From the NCBI GenBank assembly GCA_041814825.1, contig JBGXXV010000080.1:1-63399 (forward strand): a DNA stretch of 63,399 nucleotides, written 5' to 3'. A model generated the notes under the pieces. That model did no database searches. It worked only from the letters and a program-made list of their open reading frames with translations, and had not been told where the DNA came from. The stretch comes from Bacteroidota bacterium (GTDB taxonomy: Bacteria; Bacteroidota; Bacteroidia; Bacteroidales; Paludibacteraceae). The position numbers were made by a program, and so were the translations under genes. This document shows positions 51,401 to 60,665 of the stretch, piece by piece (positions within the stretch are counted from its first letter, which is position 1; the number at the start of each line of letters is the position of its first letter).

Positions 51401-52308
51401 ATTCGAGAGTTGGTTAAATTCATAAAACAATCTTCAATGGTTGGTGCAGTTTCTTTGATTTCCACATTATTATAACCAATTTGCCTGAGATAAAGGTTCA
51501 TTTCATCACATAGCTTATCGTTGTCGTATTTAAAAGTTATGTGATGAAATTCTCCAAAAGTATGACATGTTTTAGTGCTTTCAAACTTCCGCAAATCATC
51601 TAACAAGCGGCTCATATTGTTGGCTTTGACTGCGAAAATTTTTTGCGGCATTTTGTCGATTATTCCCTGTGGTGTGTCGATGGTCATAATTGAGCCTTTT
51701 TGTATCATTGCAATACGGTCGCACAGCATCGCCTCGTCCATATATGGTGTGGAAACTACAATAGTAATTCCCTCGGTTTTCAGTTTTTGCAACATTGCCC
51801 ACAACTCTTTGCGGCTCACAGGGTCGATACCTGTGGTCGGCTCGTCAAGGAACAATACAAGCGGACGATGTATCAAAGCACACGAAAGGGCAAGTTTCTG
51901 CTTCATACCTCCCGAAAGTTTGCCTGCCATGCGGTCTCTGAAAGGCTCTATCCGGATGTAAATATCTTTGATTAGGTCGTAATTTGCGGCAATGGTAGTG
52001 CGAAAAAGCGTTGCAAAGAAATCAAGATTTTCCTCGACCGTCATGGTCTGATAAAGCGAAAATCGTCCGGGCATATAGCCCACGTTTTCGCGAATGCGAC
52101 TATAATCTTGCACTATATCCCAACCATTAAGCGTTGCTGTGCCACTATCGGCAAGAATAAGTGTGGTCAGAATTCGGAAAAGCGTGGTTTTGCCTGCCCC
52201 GTCGGGACCGATAAGACCAAATATTTCACCTTTGCCGACAGAAAAACTGATTTCCGACAATGCCTGTACTTTGCTGTACCGCTTGCTTATGTTATGTACC
52301 GCTATCAT
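51397..52308 (-). CDS. ABC transporter ATP-binding protein
   Basis: GPDGAGKT, LSGGMKQK and LDEPTTGIDP motifs. Confidence 0.93.
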   Translation of the reverse strand: MIAVHNISKRYSKVQALSEISFSVGKGEIFGLIGPDGAGKTTLFRILTTLILADSGTATLNGWDIVQDYSRIRENVGYMPGRFSLYQTMTVEENLDFFATLFRTTIAANYDLIKDIYIRIEPFRDRMAGKLSGGMKQKLALSCALIHRPLVLFLDEPTTGIDPVSRKELWAMLQKLKTEGITIVVSTPYMDEAMLCDRIAMIQKGSIMTIDTPQGIIDKMPQKIFAVKANNMSRLLDDLRKFESTKTCHTFGEFHHITFKYDNDKLCDEMNLYLRQIGYNNVEIKETAPTIEDCFMNLTNSRI

Positions 52309-52319
52309 TTTTTATTGCT

Positions 52320-53243
52320 TCATTTTTTATCAAAAATCACTCCCCCATACATCCCGATTTTCAGATAGCCGTCATTTTTTACGGTTATCTTTACAGCATA
52401 AACAAGGTTTGCTCTCTCATCTTGTGTTTGAACGGTTTTGGGAGTAAATTCCGATTTGTCGGAAATCCACGATATATTTCCCTTGTACTCACGTTTGTTT
52501 TTTTCGCCGAAATCGGCAAATACTTCGACACTCTGTCCTATTTTCAACTGTGTGAGCTGTGCCGAGGTTACGAAAGCTCTCAACGTAATATTCTGCAAAT
52601 CGGCAATTTTGTAAAGCGGCTTTCCGACGGTAGCAAATTCATTTACTTTCGCTATTTTAGCAAGCACTGTCCCGTTTTGCGGAGCTGTGAGGCAGTATTT
52701 GGCGAGTTGGTCTTCGAGCTGTTCTATTTGAACCTGCAATGTTGCCACATCGCCACTGATACCGCCACTTGAAATCTCTAACGAAGATTGCTGAGCGTTT
52801 ATCTGCTTTTGTAATACTTCGATTTGAGCATTCACATCATCTAATTGTTTCTGTGTAGCGGCATTGCCTGCGACCAATTTTTCGAGGCGGGTTCGCTCGG
52901 TTTGGGCAGTTTGAAGTTGAGTCCGTAATGCCGAAAGTTGTACCGAAATGTTGGGTTTTCGACCCAGCAAAGCACGAATCTGGCTCTCCAACTGTCGTTT
53001 TTTCAGATACAACTGTGTGCTGTCTATATACCCTATTACCTGACCTGCGGCAAGCTCTTGCCCCTCTTCCACATCGAACCGACGAATTATGCCTGTGGCT
53101 TCGGAAGAGATAATTGTTTCTTCGGCTTCGAACATACCCGAAGCCTCGAAATCGTTTTTATTGTCGCCGCAACCCATTAATAACGAACAATTTATAACTA
53201 ATAATATCCATTTTGCTTTTTTAATCATTAATTTGGTATTCAT
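52320..53243 (-). CDS. HlyD family efflux periplasmic adaptor (lipoprotein)
   Basis: Lipobox LMGC; SGMFEA; coiled coil; SEFTPKTVQT.DERANLVYAVK; LKIGM. Confidence 0.9.
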   Translation of the reverse strand: MNTKLMIKKAKWILLVINCSLLMGCGDNKNDFEASGMFEAEETIISSEATGIIRRFDVEEGQELAAGQVIGYIDSTQLYLKKRQLESQIRALLGRKPNISVQLSALRTQLQTAQTERTRLEKLVAGNAATQKQLDDVNAQIEVLQKQINAQQSSLEISSGGISGDVATLQVQIEQLEDQLAKYCLTAPQNGTVLAKIAKVNEFATVGKPLYKIADLQNITLRAFVTSAQLTQLKIGQSVEVFADFGEKNKREYKGNISWISDKSEFTPKTVQTQDERANLVYAVKITVKNDGYLKIGMYGGVIFDKK

Positions 53244-53264
53244 ATCGCTTTTATTCTTATTGAT

Positions 53265-53493
53265 TTAAAAGTACATTTCAGAAAAATTGTTTGTCAATGT
53301 TATACTCACAGAATTATCTTTTTCAAAGAAAACAACATTGTCTTCACGAGCAAGCCAACCGAGAGCATATAATATATTTTCACTGCTTAATTTTGTTTTG
53401 GTTTGTATTTCACTAATTAACAATGTTTTTTGTTCGCTTAGAAGTTGCCTTATTTATTATTCCGGCATTCGCACCTATGTCTTTTTTTATCAT
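53265..53493 (-). pseudogene. Frameshifted small winged-helix protein (DUF2582-like)
   Basis: MIKKDIGANAGII then, after removing a 4-nt AATA duplication, RQLLSEQK..ALGWLAREDNV..FSEMYF*; the IG.NAG and ALGWLARE motifs are recognisable. Confidence 0.75.
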
Positions 53494-53520
53494 ATATTAA
53501 AATGGTATTAATTAATGATT

Positions 53521-54807
53521 TTAATTTCCTGTTGTTGTCTTTATACCATATTGATACATAAGCAATTGTATCTCGTGTAAGATAAGGTTTTGCCGTGCTT
53601 GGGCTTCGGCATTGACGGCAATAAGGTAATCGTTGGTGGTCGCCGTGCCGTTTTCCAACTGTATTTGTGTGGCATTTTTTACCTTTTGGCGTAACTTGAT
53701 AATCTCGCTGTCGTCAGTCATCAATTGCTGCATTTTGGAAATTTCGGCATATTGCTGACATAGTACAAGATTGGTGTTGAATAAAAATATCTCCTGTTGC
53801 AGTTTTATTCCTTCCTGATTTGTTGCAACTTGTTTTCGCTCATTTTTAGCAGTATAAAGTCCTGACAAATTCCAACTCAATCGCACTCCCGTGAGATAGT
53901 AAGGAGCGAAGTTATCTTCAAACATATTTAGTGCCGGCTTACCGAAACCACCTTGCAAAAATAGACTCAAACGAGGTAGATTCTTGTTTGTAATCAAGCG
54001 ATTTTGGAGGTCAAAGGCTCTGTTTTGCAAGTCGAACAACTCTATTTCGGGACGGTTAATTTCGTTTGAAACAGTCGGCGGTAGCGGCTTTTCAAAAACC
54101 GTGTGTTCATCAATTTTTTGTCCGATAAACATCGAAAGCATATCGACATACCCTTTGCGTACGGTTTGCTGTTCGATTGTTCGCTGTTGGGTTTTGAGCA
54201 ATTCGGCTTTGAGATTATCTGCCGTGTTGTGCAATGCCACACCGTTTTTGACAGCTACTTCGGCACGTTCAATACCGCTTTGAATATCTTTTTTTATAAG
54301 TTCGGTCTGTACTATCTGTTCGTCGATAAGCAGCACTCCGAAAAAAAGCGAATTGATACGCTCGCGAAGTTTGTACAACTCAACTTCCAATTTCTGTTTT
54401 TCGACCTCGGCGTTTGCTCTGACCAAATCACTTTGATTTTTGTTAGTTACCAAGCCGGTAAGCGAATAGGATATATCGCCGTAAAGTTTGTATTGGTCTT
54501 TGCTCATTTCGGGGATAGTAGGCACATTGTTTCCCAAAATCGGTTTTAATGCCTCAAAATCAAGAGGTATTTTTGTTACTTCCGATTGATAGGTTGCCTG
54601 AGCATAAATGCCGATTTGTGGCAAATATGCCTTTTGTGCGTTCTCGATAGAAAATTCTTTGGACTTCTCTATCAACTCATATTGCTTGACAAGTGGAAAA
54701 TTTTCTCTTGCCATTCGGTAGCAATCATCGATTTGCAATGTCTGAGCACTCAAACTCACAGTGGCAAAGAGCCAACTTAACAATAGCGTGTTTTTAACAT
54801 TAATCAT
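53521..54807 (-). CDS. TolC family outer-membrane efflux protein
   Basis: Signal peptide; AYLPQI, NRPE..LF and ENGTAT..DY motifs; position in an efflux operon. Confidence 0.9.
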   Translation of the reverse strand: MINVKNTLLLSWLFATVSLSAQTLQIDDCYRMARENFPLVKQYELIEKSKEFSIENAQKAYLPQIGIYAQATYQSEVTKIPLDFEALKPILGNNVPTIPEMSKDQYKLYGDISYSLTGLVTNKNQSDLVRANAEVEKQKLEVELYKLRERINSLFFGVLLIDEQIVQTELIKKDIQSGIERAEVAVKNGVALHNTADNLKAELLKTQQRTIEQQTVRKGYVDMLSMFIGQKIDEHTVFEKPLPPTVSNEINRPEIELFDLQNRAFDLQNRLITNKNLPRLSLFLQGGFGKPALNMFEDNFAPYYLTGVRLSWNLSGLYTAKNERKQVATNQEGIKLQQEIFLFNTNLVLCQQYAEISKMQQLMTDDSEIIKLRQKVKNATQIQLENGTATTNDYLIAVNAEAQARQNLILHEIQLLMYQYGIKTTTGN

Positions 54808-54858
54808 TTGGTTTGTTATTTTGATTTATTCATTTGATTAAATATGGTGTAAAAAAAA

Positions 54859-55491
54859 TTACGACGAAAAAAACATTGCTTTCATCCACATAGGAATCAG
54901 CTTTTTGCGTTCCTCCATTAACTTAACAAACAGAGCATTATCTACTCCTACAATATTTGTTATAAAAAATTGTGCAATGATAGGATAAAGAGCCAACCCC
55001 ATTAAATTTACCATAAAGTGCATCAAATTAGGCTCTTTGATTTTGCCATTCATCGCATTTTCTTGAAACTGACGAACAAAAGCGGAGTTCGAAATTACCT
55101 TTTCAACTTGCAACTTATACAATATTTCGTTGTGCCTCTTGTGGATAGCATCTAAAATAAACAACGGAACATCAGGGTATTCAATGCCAAAATTGATATA
55201 GTTTTCTGCGATAAGTTCGATTTTTCTCTCGAACGAGGTGCTCTCGTCATTAAAAACACTCACCATCGTATGTAAAAAATGCGACAACGTTTCAAGTACC
55301 ACTATATCAAATAGCTTCTCTTTGCTACGAAAATAGTAGTTCAGCAAAGCGAGGTTTATCCCTGCCTCTTCGGCAATATCGCGGGTACGAGTAGCAGCAA
55401 AGCCCTTTCGCTGAAATACGATGCGAGCCGCATTCTTGATTTTTTCTTCTGTCGAAATATCTTTAACCTCTGCTACTTTTAATTTTGCCAT
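54859..55491 (-). CDS. TetR/AcrR family transcriptional regulator
   Basis: F.RKGFAATRTRDIAEEAGINLALLNYYFRSKEKLF helix-turn-helix. Confidence 0.95.
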   Translation of the reverse strand: MAKLKVAEVKDISTEEKIKNAARIVFQRKGFAATRTRDIAEEAGINLALLNYYFRSKEKLFDIVVLETLSHFLHTMVSVFNDESTSFERKIELIAENYINFGIEYPDVPLFILDAIHKRHNEILYKLQVEKVISNSAFVRQFQENAMNGKIKEPNLMHFMVNLMGLALYPIIAQFFITNIVGVDNALFVKLMEERKKLIPMWMKAMFFSS

Positions 55492-55560
55492 ATTGTTGTG
55501 ATAAAAAAAATGTCTTACGATGCAAAGGTATAAAAATATTCTTAATTAAAACAAATTATT

Positions 55561-55574
55561 TAATCAAATGATTA
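55561..55574. promoter_or_regulatory. Candidate TetR operator
   Basis: TAATCA-AA-TGATTA palindrome upstream of the tetR -7 element (55523-55530); near copies at 54827-54840 and 54801-54814. Confidence 0.55.
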
Positions 55575-55672
55575 GTTTTTTTTTTGATAAACTGATATTG
55601 TTCTTTGTCGTAATGAATTAATAAATAGAAAAGTAAAACGTAGAAATCGTGTTTTTTAAAATGCCATTACAA

Positions 55673-55827
55673 AAAAGGTTACTACCTTATTTCGAGGTAG
55701 TAACCTTTTGACTATTAACCTGCAAACTAATTATTTCCCCAAGAACGGATATTTGTAATCAGTCGGTGGGACTAGTGTCTCTTTGATTGTACGAGGCGAA
55801 ATCCAACGTACAAGATTGAGGTAAGAG
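55673..55827. repeat. Direct repeat copy B: functional pruA 3' end plus terminator
   Basis: Matches 48183-48338; includes the GGTTACTACCT/AGGTAGTAACC terminator stem. Confidence 0.92.
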
Positions 55828-57362
55828 CCGGCTTTGTCGTTGGTTCCCGATGCTCTACCGCCACCAAACGGTTGTTGTCCTACGACAGCTCCCGTCGGCT
55901 TGTCGTTGATATAGAAGTTGCCCGCAGCAAAACGCAACGCATTCTCGGCTATCTTTGTGGCATAGCGGTCGTTCGAGAATATGGAGCCGGTGAGGGCATA
56001 GGGAGAGGTTTTGTCGCAGAGTTCGAGAGTGTGTTCAAAATCTTTGTCGTCGTAAACATAGATAGTGATGACAGGTCCGAAAATCTCTTCGCACATAGTT
56101 TCGTAATCGGGCTTTTTCGCCTCTATCACAGTCGGCTCAACGAAGTATCCGACCGATTTGTCGCACTTACCGCCAAAGATGATTTCGGCATCTTTCGACT
56201 TTCGGGCACGCTCGATATACCCTGCAATGTTATCGAACGACGCCTCGTCGATAACTGCATTTACGAAGTTGCCAAAATCGCGTACATCGCCCATTTTGAC
56301 GGTTTTGAGCATATCGCCGATATTCTTTTTGGTAGCCGCCCAGAGCGATTTGGGGATATAGGCACGCGAAGCAGCCGAACACTTTTGCCCTTGATACTCG
56401 AACGCACCGCGCACGATAGCCACAGCAAGTTCTTGAGCATCGGCAGTGCTATGAGCAAAAACGAAATCTTTACCGCCAGTCTCTCCAACAAGTTTCGGAT
56501 AGGTCTTGTATTTGGCAATGTTATCGCCCACTGTCTTCCAGAAATTTTGGAATACGCCTGTGGAGCCCGTGAAGTGTATGCCTGCAAAGTCGGGGTGGTT
56601 CATTACTATATCGCTGATAGTGCTACCCTTACCCGGCAGGAAGTTGATAACACCGTCGGGTACGCCTGCCTCCATAAGTATCTTCATAGCATAATAATTC
56701 GACAATATGGCGGTAGTAGCAGGTTTCCAAACCGTTACGTTACCCATAAGCACGGGGCTGATATTGAGATTGACTGCAATAGCCGTAAAGTTAAAAGGAG
56801 TGATGGAGTATATAAAGCCTTCGAGCGGACGATATTCTACTCTGTTTATGCAGTCGGTCGTGGGCGAGAAGGGCTGGTCGCTATATACCTGTGCCGCATA
56901 AAAAGGATTGAAGCGGAGAAAGTCGATGGTTTCGCACGCAGAGTCGATTTCTGCCTGAAAAGCGTTTTTGCCCTGTCCGAGCATTGTGGCGGCATTCATC
57001 AGGTATCGATATTTTTTTGCAAAAAGTTCGCCTGCTCTAAGAATGATGCCGGCACGGTCTTCCCAAGGCATATCAGCCCACGCCTTGCGAGCTTTCAGTG
57101 CGGCATCGATAGCCATTTTTACCTCTTTTTCGGTACATTGATGATATGTTGCCAACACGTGCCCGTGTTCGGTAGGCATCACTACTTTGCCTATTTTACC
57201 TGTCTTAACCTCTTTACCGCCTATTATGAGGGGTATTTCTATTTGATTTTCGTATTGGCGTTTCAGCTCACGTTCGAGCTCCATACGCTCTACACTTTTA
57301 GGTGCATAGCCCAATACAGGTTCGTTCTTGGGCGTTTGAAATCTGAATATTGCGTTGTTCAT
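55731..57362 (-). CDS. pruA: L-glutamate gamma-semialdehyde (1-pyrroline-5-carboxylate) dehydrogenase
   Basis: NEPVLGY, AEIDSACE..DF.RFN, PFNFTAI, FTGST, GETGGK, FEYQGQKCSA and QQPFGGGRASGTNDKAG motifs. Confidence 0.96.
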   Translation of the reverse strand: MNNAIFRFQTPKNEPVLGYAPKSVERMELERELKRQYENQIEIPLIIGGKEVKTGKIGKVVMPTEHGHVLATYHQCTEKEVKMAIDAALKARKAWADMPWEDRAGIILRAGELFAKKYRYLMNAATMLGQGKNAFQAEIDSACETIDFLRFNPFYAAQVYSDQPFSPTTDCINRVEYRPLEGFIYSITPFNFTAIAVNLNISPVLMGNVTVWKPATTAILSNYYAMKILMEAGVPDGVINFLPGKGSTISDIVMNHPDFAGIHFTGSTGVFQNFWKTVGDNIAKYKTYPKLVGETGGKDFVFAHSTADAQELAVAIVRGAFEYQGQKCSAASRAYIPKSLWAATKKNIGDMLKTVKMGDVRDFGNFVNAVIDEASFDNIAGYIERARKSKDAEIIFGGKCDKSVGYFVEPTVIEAKKPDYETMCEEIFGPVITIYVYDDKDFEHTLELCDKTSPYALTGSIFSNDRYATKIAENALRFAAGNFYINDKPTGAVVGQQPFGGGRASGTNDKAGSYLNLVRWISPRTIKETLVPPTDYKYPFLGK

Positions 57363-57700
57363 AAAAAAATAGTTGATTTTTACTTTGTTTATAAAGCTAC
57401 AAAGTTAAATATAAACTTTCTAAAAACCAAACAGTCGAGTTGATATTGCTTTTATTTTGTCACCATTATTAGAGTGTTTTTTTCCAAGTTCTTCGGCTTT
57501 AGAATATAGCGTCCAAACAGTGTTGTATTTAATATAATACAGCAAAACAATATATTTAAGATTATTTCGTAACTTTGCAACAACGAAAACAAAATCTACT
57601 CATATCAACTACAAAAAAAAATTATTTTTGACGATAGAAAAAATATTTTTGTATCCATTGGTTTATACAAAAAAAACAATTGAAAATTAATACATTAACT

Positions 57701-58297
57701 ATGTTCACGTTTTTGACCGAATCACAAATAGAACATTGCATCGAAATTTTAGAAAAGCGAAGGCACAACGATGCAGATATTAGCGAAATTATTGAGTTTA
57801 TCGACAGTCGCTACAACACCAACGTTATTACTTTGTTTCTGGACACCACAAGTATAGAGATAGTATTTCGTTTCGACAAAGACGTACCCGCCGATTCGTC
57901 AAAAAAGACAATCCTAAAACGTATTGTTTCGATAGAAAGCGAGAAAAAATACTCGTACATATCATACATATCCTTTGAGACTGTCGTTCGCACAGTGCTG
58001 ATTAAGAGAGCTTTGCATCATCTGCTCCAAAACGACAAAGAGTTGTTGAACAATATGCGTATTTGGAATATATATGCAATATCGGATTCGCCTGTGGTTT
58101 TTTATTTTACCGACGAAGATGTAAAAAAAAGCGAAGCAAACGGTAACAACAGGACTATAAAAGAGACAATTGAGAATTTGGTAAGGCACAACGAAATGGC
58201 AAAATATCTCGCCAATACCGACATACAACTAACTTATAACAGTAAAGAGATAGTAGATAAACATTATGAAAGCAGTCTATTATATTATTTTAAGTAA
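57701..58297 (+). CDS. Hypothetical protein
   Basis: About 198-aa ORF with a TAACTTTG element upstream (57569); no recognised motif; alternative TTG start at 57680. Confidence 0.6.
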   Translation: MFTFLTESQIEHCIEILEKRRHNDADISEIIEFIDSRYNTNVITLFLDTTSIEIVFRFDKDVPADSSKKTILKRIVSIESEKKYSYISYISFETVVRTVLIKRALHHLLQNDKELLNNMRIWNIYAISDSPVVFYFTDEDVKKSEANGNNRTIKETIENLVRHNEMAKYLANTDIQLTYNSKEIVDKHYESSLLYYFK

Positions 58298-58435
58298 CTT
58301 TGCTTTTCAGACCCTCAACTTTACACAAAATGAGTAACGGGAAACAATGAACAACACATTAGTAAAAAAAATATTACGAACAATGATATAAGCCTAAAAA
58401 TTAAACAATTACCAACGGAGAACAGATATGGAGGA

Positions 58436-58636
58436 ATGACCGTAAACGAACGGCTCTATTTCAGCAGTTTAATAGATAAATTCGATACTGCCGTTGCAAA
58501 AAAAGATGTTGCGGGAATAACCGCTATCCTCAAAGAGGTAGAACTTTCGGACGACAATATAAATGCTATCCTGCAACACTTTAAACTGATAAAACAGCAA
58601 AAAAGACTATCAAAACAGAACTTAAAGGCCGAGTAA
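58436..58636 (+). CDS. Small hypothetical protein (possibly a 5'-truncated remnant)
   Basis: 66-aa ORF MTVNERLY..FD.AV..D..IL..V.L; the frame is open about 100 bp further upstream with no ATG. Confidence 0.45.
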   Translation: MTVNERLYFSSLIDKFDTAVAKKDVAGITAILKEVELSDDNINAILQHFKLIKQQKRLSKQNLKAE

Positions 58637-58844
58637 TATAAAAAAATTTCACACAACCAACGCCCAACAAAACACTATTTTGCAACGAATTGACAACTAT
58701 TTGTAAAATATGGAGTTTATATCTATTTACAAGTAAAAAATTTTTATTACCTTTGCAAACTTTTTTGTACGCAAAGAAAAATGTGTATGGGAAATTATTT
58801 TTAAAAATTAATTTTGAGTAACACAATTTAAAATCAATCGAGAG

Positions 58845-59495
58845 ATGAAAACATTCAAATTAGAAGGAAAACCAAGAACCGAAACAGGTAAAAAGGCAGT
58901 AAACGCATTACGTCGCGAAGGTCTAATACCTGCTGTACTTTATGGTAGCAAAGCTGTAGAATTACCTTACACAGGTAATTTGGACGAAGGGCAAAATTTA
59001 GTAGAAAATCAAGGCAAAGGTCTAATTGTTACCAACTTTGTAGTAACATTCGATGATGTTCGCAAAATGATCTACACCCCTGAGGTTTACATTGTAGAAA
59101 TTGCTATCAATGGCAAAACATACACTGCTATCCTAAAAGACCTGCAAATGCATCCTGTTACGGACGAGATTTTGCATATAGACTTTTTGGCAGTAGCGCA
59201 CGACAAACCTGCGGTAATCGAAATACCCGTAGTACTTGACGGTTTTGCAGCGGGTGTACGTGCCGGTGGTAAATTAAATTTAGTATCAAGAAAGCTTAAA
59301 GTAAAAGGTTTGATCGAACATCTTCCCGAAAAGCTACACATAAATGTAGAAAATTTGGAACTTGGCAAAACTATTCAAGTAAAGCATCTTAACTTCGACA
59401 ATCTTACATTGCTCAATGCTCCCGACAATGTAGTTTGTGCAGTAGCTGTTACTCGTGGTGCAATTGCACAGGCAGCCGCAGCAGCTAAAAAATAA
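58845..59495 (+). CDS. rplY: 50S ribosomal protein L25/general stress protein Ctc
   Basis: R.E.GKKA..LRREGLIPAVLYG, KDLQMHPVTDEILHIDF and GVRAGGKL motifs. Confidence 0.96.
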   Translation: MKTFKLEGKPRTETGKKAVNALRREGLIPAVLYGSKAVELPYTGNLDEGQNLVENQGKGLIVTNFVVTFDDVRKMIYTPEVYIVEIAINGKTYTAILKDLQMHPVTDEILHIDFLAVAHDKPAVIEIPVVLDGFAAGVRAGGKLNLVSRKLKVKGLIEHLPEKLHINVENLELGKTIQVKHLNFDNLTLLNAPDNVVCAVAVTRGAIAQAAAAAKK

Positions 59496-59514
59496 TTTTG
59501 ACATAAAATAATTA

Positions 59515-59559
59515 GGAGACATTTCTTAAATTATTATAATTTAGGGAATGTCTTTTTTT
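59515..59559 (+). terminator. Terminator after rplY
   Basis: AGACATTTCTTAAAT/ATTTAGGGAATGTCT stem followed by a T run. Confidence 0.7.
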
Positions 59560-59636
59560 ATTAGGCAAATAAACAAATTATATATTGACTTTTTTAATTA
59601 ACTTTGCAGGCAAAACGATATTACAAATTTGATTTT

Positions 59637-60464
59637 ATGATAAAAAAGATTGCAGATTTAATAAAGAGTAAATTTTTCTGGATCAATATATTAGCTGCTA
59701 TTTTCAGCATAGTAATTTTAGTCTCTATTGTACTATTTGCCCTTAAAATATACACAAACCACGGGGAGGCTATAAAAGTACCAAACCTTGTAGGATTGTA
59801 CGAAAATGAGGCAGAAGAGGCGATAAAACATACAGGCTTAACCTTCGAAATCATAGACTCGGTATATACAAGAGATGCCAAGCCGGGTATAATAGTAGAA
59901 CAAACCCCAAAACAAGGATTAAACGTAAAAGCCGGCAGAGTCGTTTATCTGACCGTAAACGCCAAGCAGAAGAGAGCGATTACAATACCAAACCTAATCA
60001 ATGTATCGCAACGACAAGCTACATACACGCTAACATCGCTCGGATTCAAAATAGGCAATGTAGAGATAGTTCCTTCGGAATATACCGACTTGGTACTGGA
60101 TATAAAGTACAACGGAGTATCAATAAAAGAGGGCGACAAAGTACCGGACGGGGCTACCCTATCGCTTTCGGTAGGCAGAAGCGACAGCGTATATAACGGA
60201 GAAATGGTAATAGTGCCTTCGCTTATGGGATTATCTATCAACGAAGCCGAAAATATAATAGCAAATAGCAATCTTATGATTGGCTACGTCGGGTTCGACA
60301 ACCCACAGCCGACAACCGACAAGGAGAAGCTATCGTACAAAGTATACCGTCAGATGCCATCAGCCACCGAACGAGTAGTGCCCGGCAAAAGAATCGACAT
60401 TTGGCTAAGCAAAGACCCGCAAAAACTACAAGAAGGCAATAAAAAAGATGATGATTTCTTCTAA
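59637..60464 (+). CDS. PASTA domain-containing membrane protein
   Basis: N-terminal transmembrane helix; YTNHGE; three VP.L.G/N repeats; start at ATG 59637 after a TAACTTTG element. Confidence 0.88.
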   Translation: MIKKIADLIKSKFFWINILAAIFSIVILVSIVLFALKIYTNHGEAIKVPNLVGLYENEAEEAIKHTGLTFEIIDSVYTRDAKPGIIVEQTPKQGLNVKAGRVVYLTVNAKQKRAITIPNLINVSQRQATYTLTSLGFKIGNVEIVPSEYTDLVLDIKYNGVSIKEGDKVPDGATLSLSVGRSDSVYNGEMVIVPSLMGLSINEAENIIANSNLMIGYVGFDNPQPTTDKEKLSYKVYRQMPSATERVVPGKRIDIWLSKDPQKLQEGNKKDDDFF

Positions 60465-60469
60465 AAACC

Positions 60470-60507
60470 AACAGGCTGTCAAATTATTTGGCGGTCTGTT
60501 TTTTTTA
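60470..60507 (+). terminator. Terminator
   Basis: AACAGGCTGTC/GGCGGTCTGTT stem (G-U pairs) followed by a T run. Confidence 0.6.
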
Positions 60508-60665
60508 TAGTTCAAAATTAGTTAAATAAAGATTATACTCAACACCAAACATTTGATAAACAACGCGTAACATTTTTTTTCGATACAGAATTTCAGAAGA
60601 GAAATTTCGATTGATATTAAAACTTTTTTATCCTCCTCTTTGTCTCGAAAAAAACAAACCTAAAT

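Larger units (their letters stand above)
48339..55827. mobile_element. Putative genomic island (efflux cluster) inserted at the pruA 3' end; no integrase seen
   Basis: Bounded by ~155-bp imperfect direct repeats; cargo is one TetR/TolC/HlyD/ABC operon. Confidence 0.65.

Noticed and set aside
55872-57443. 523-aa ORF antisense to pruA
   Set aside because: Shadow frame of a strongly codon-biased gene; no recognisable motifs and a non-ATG start
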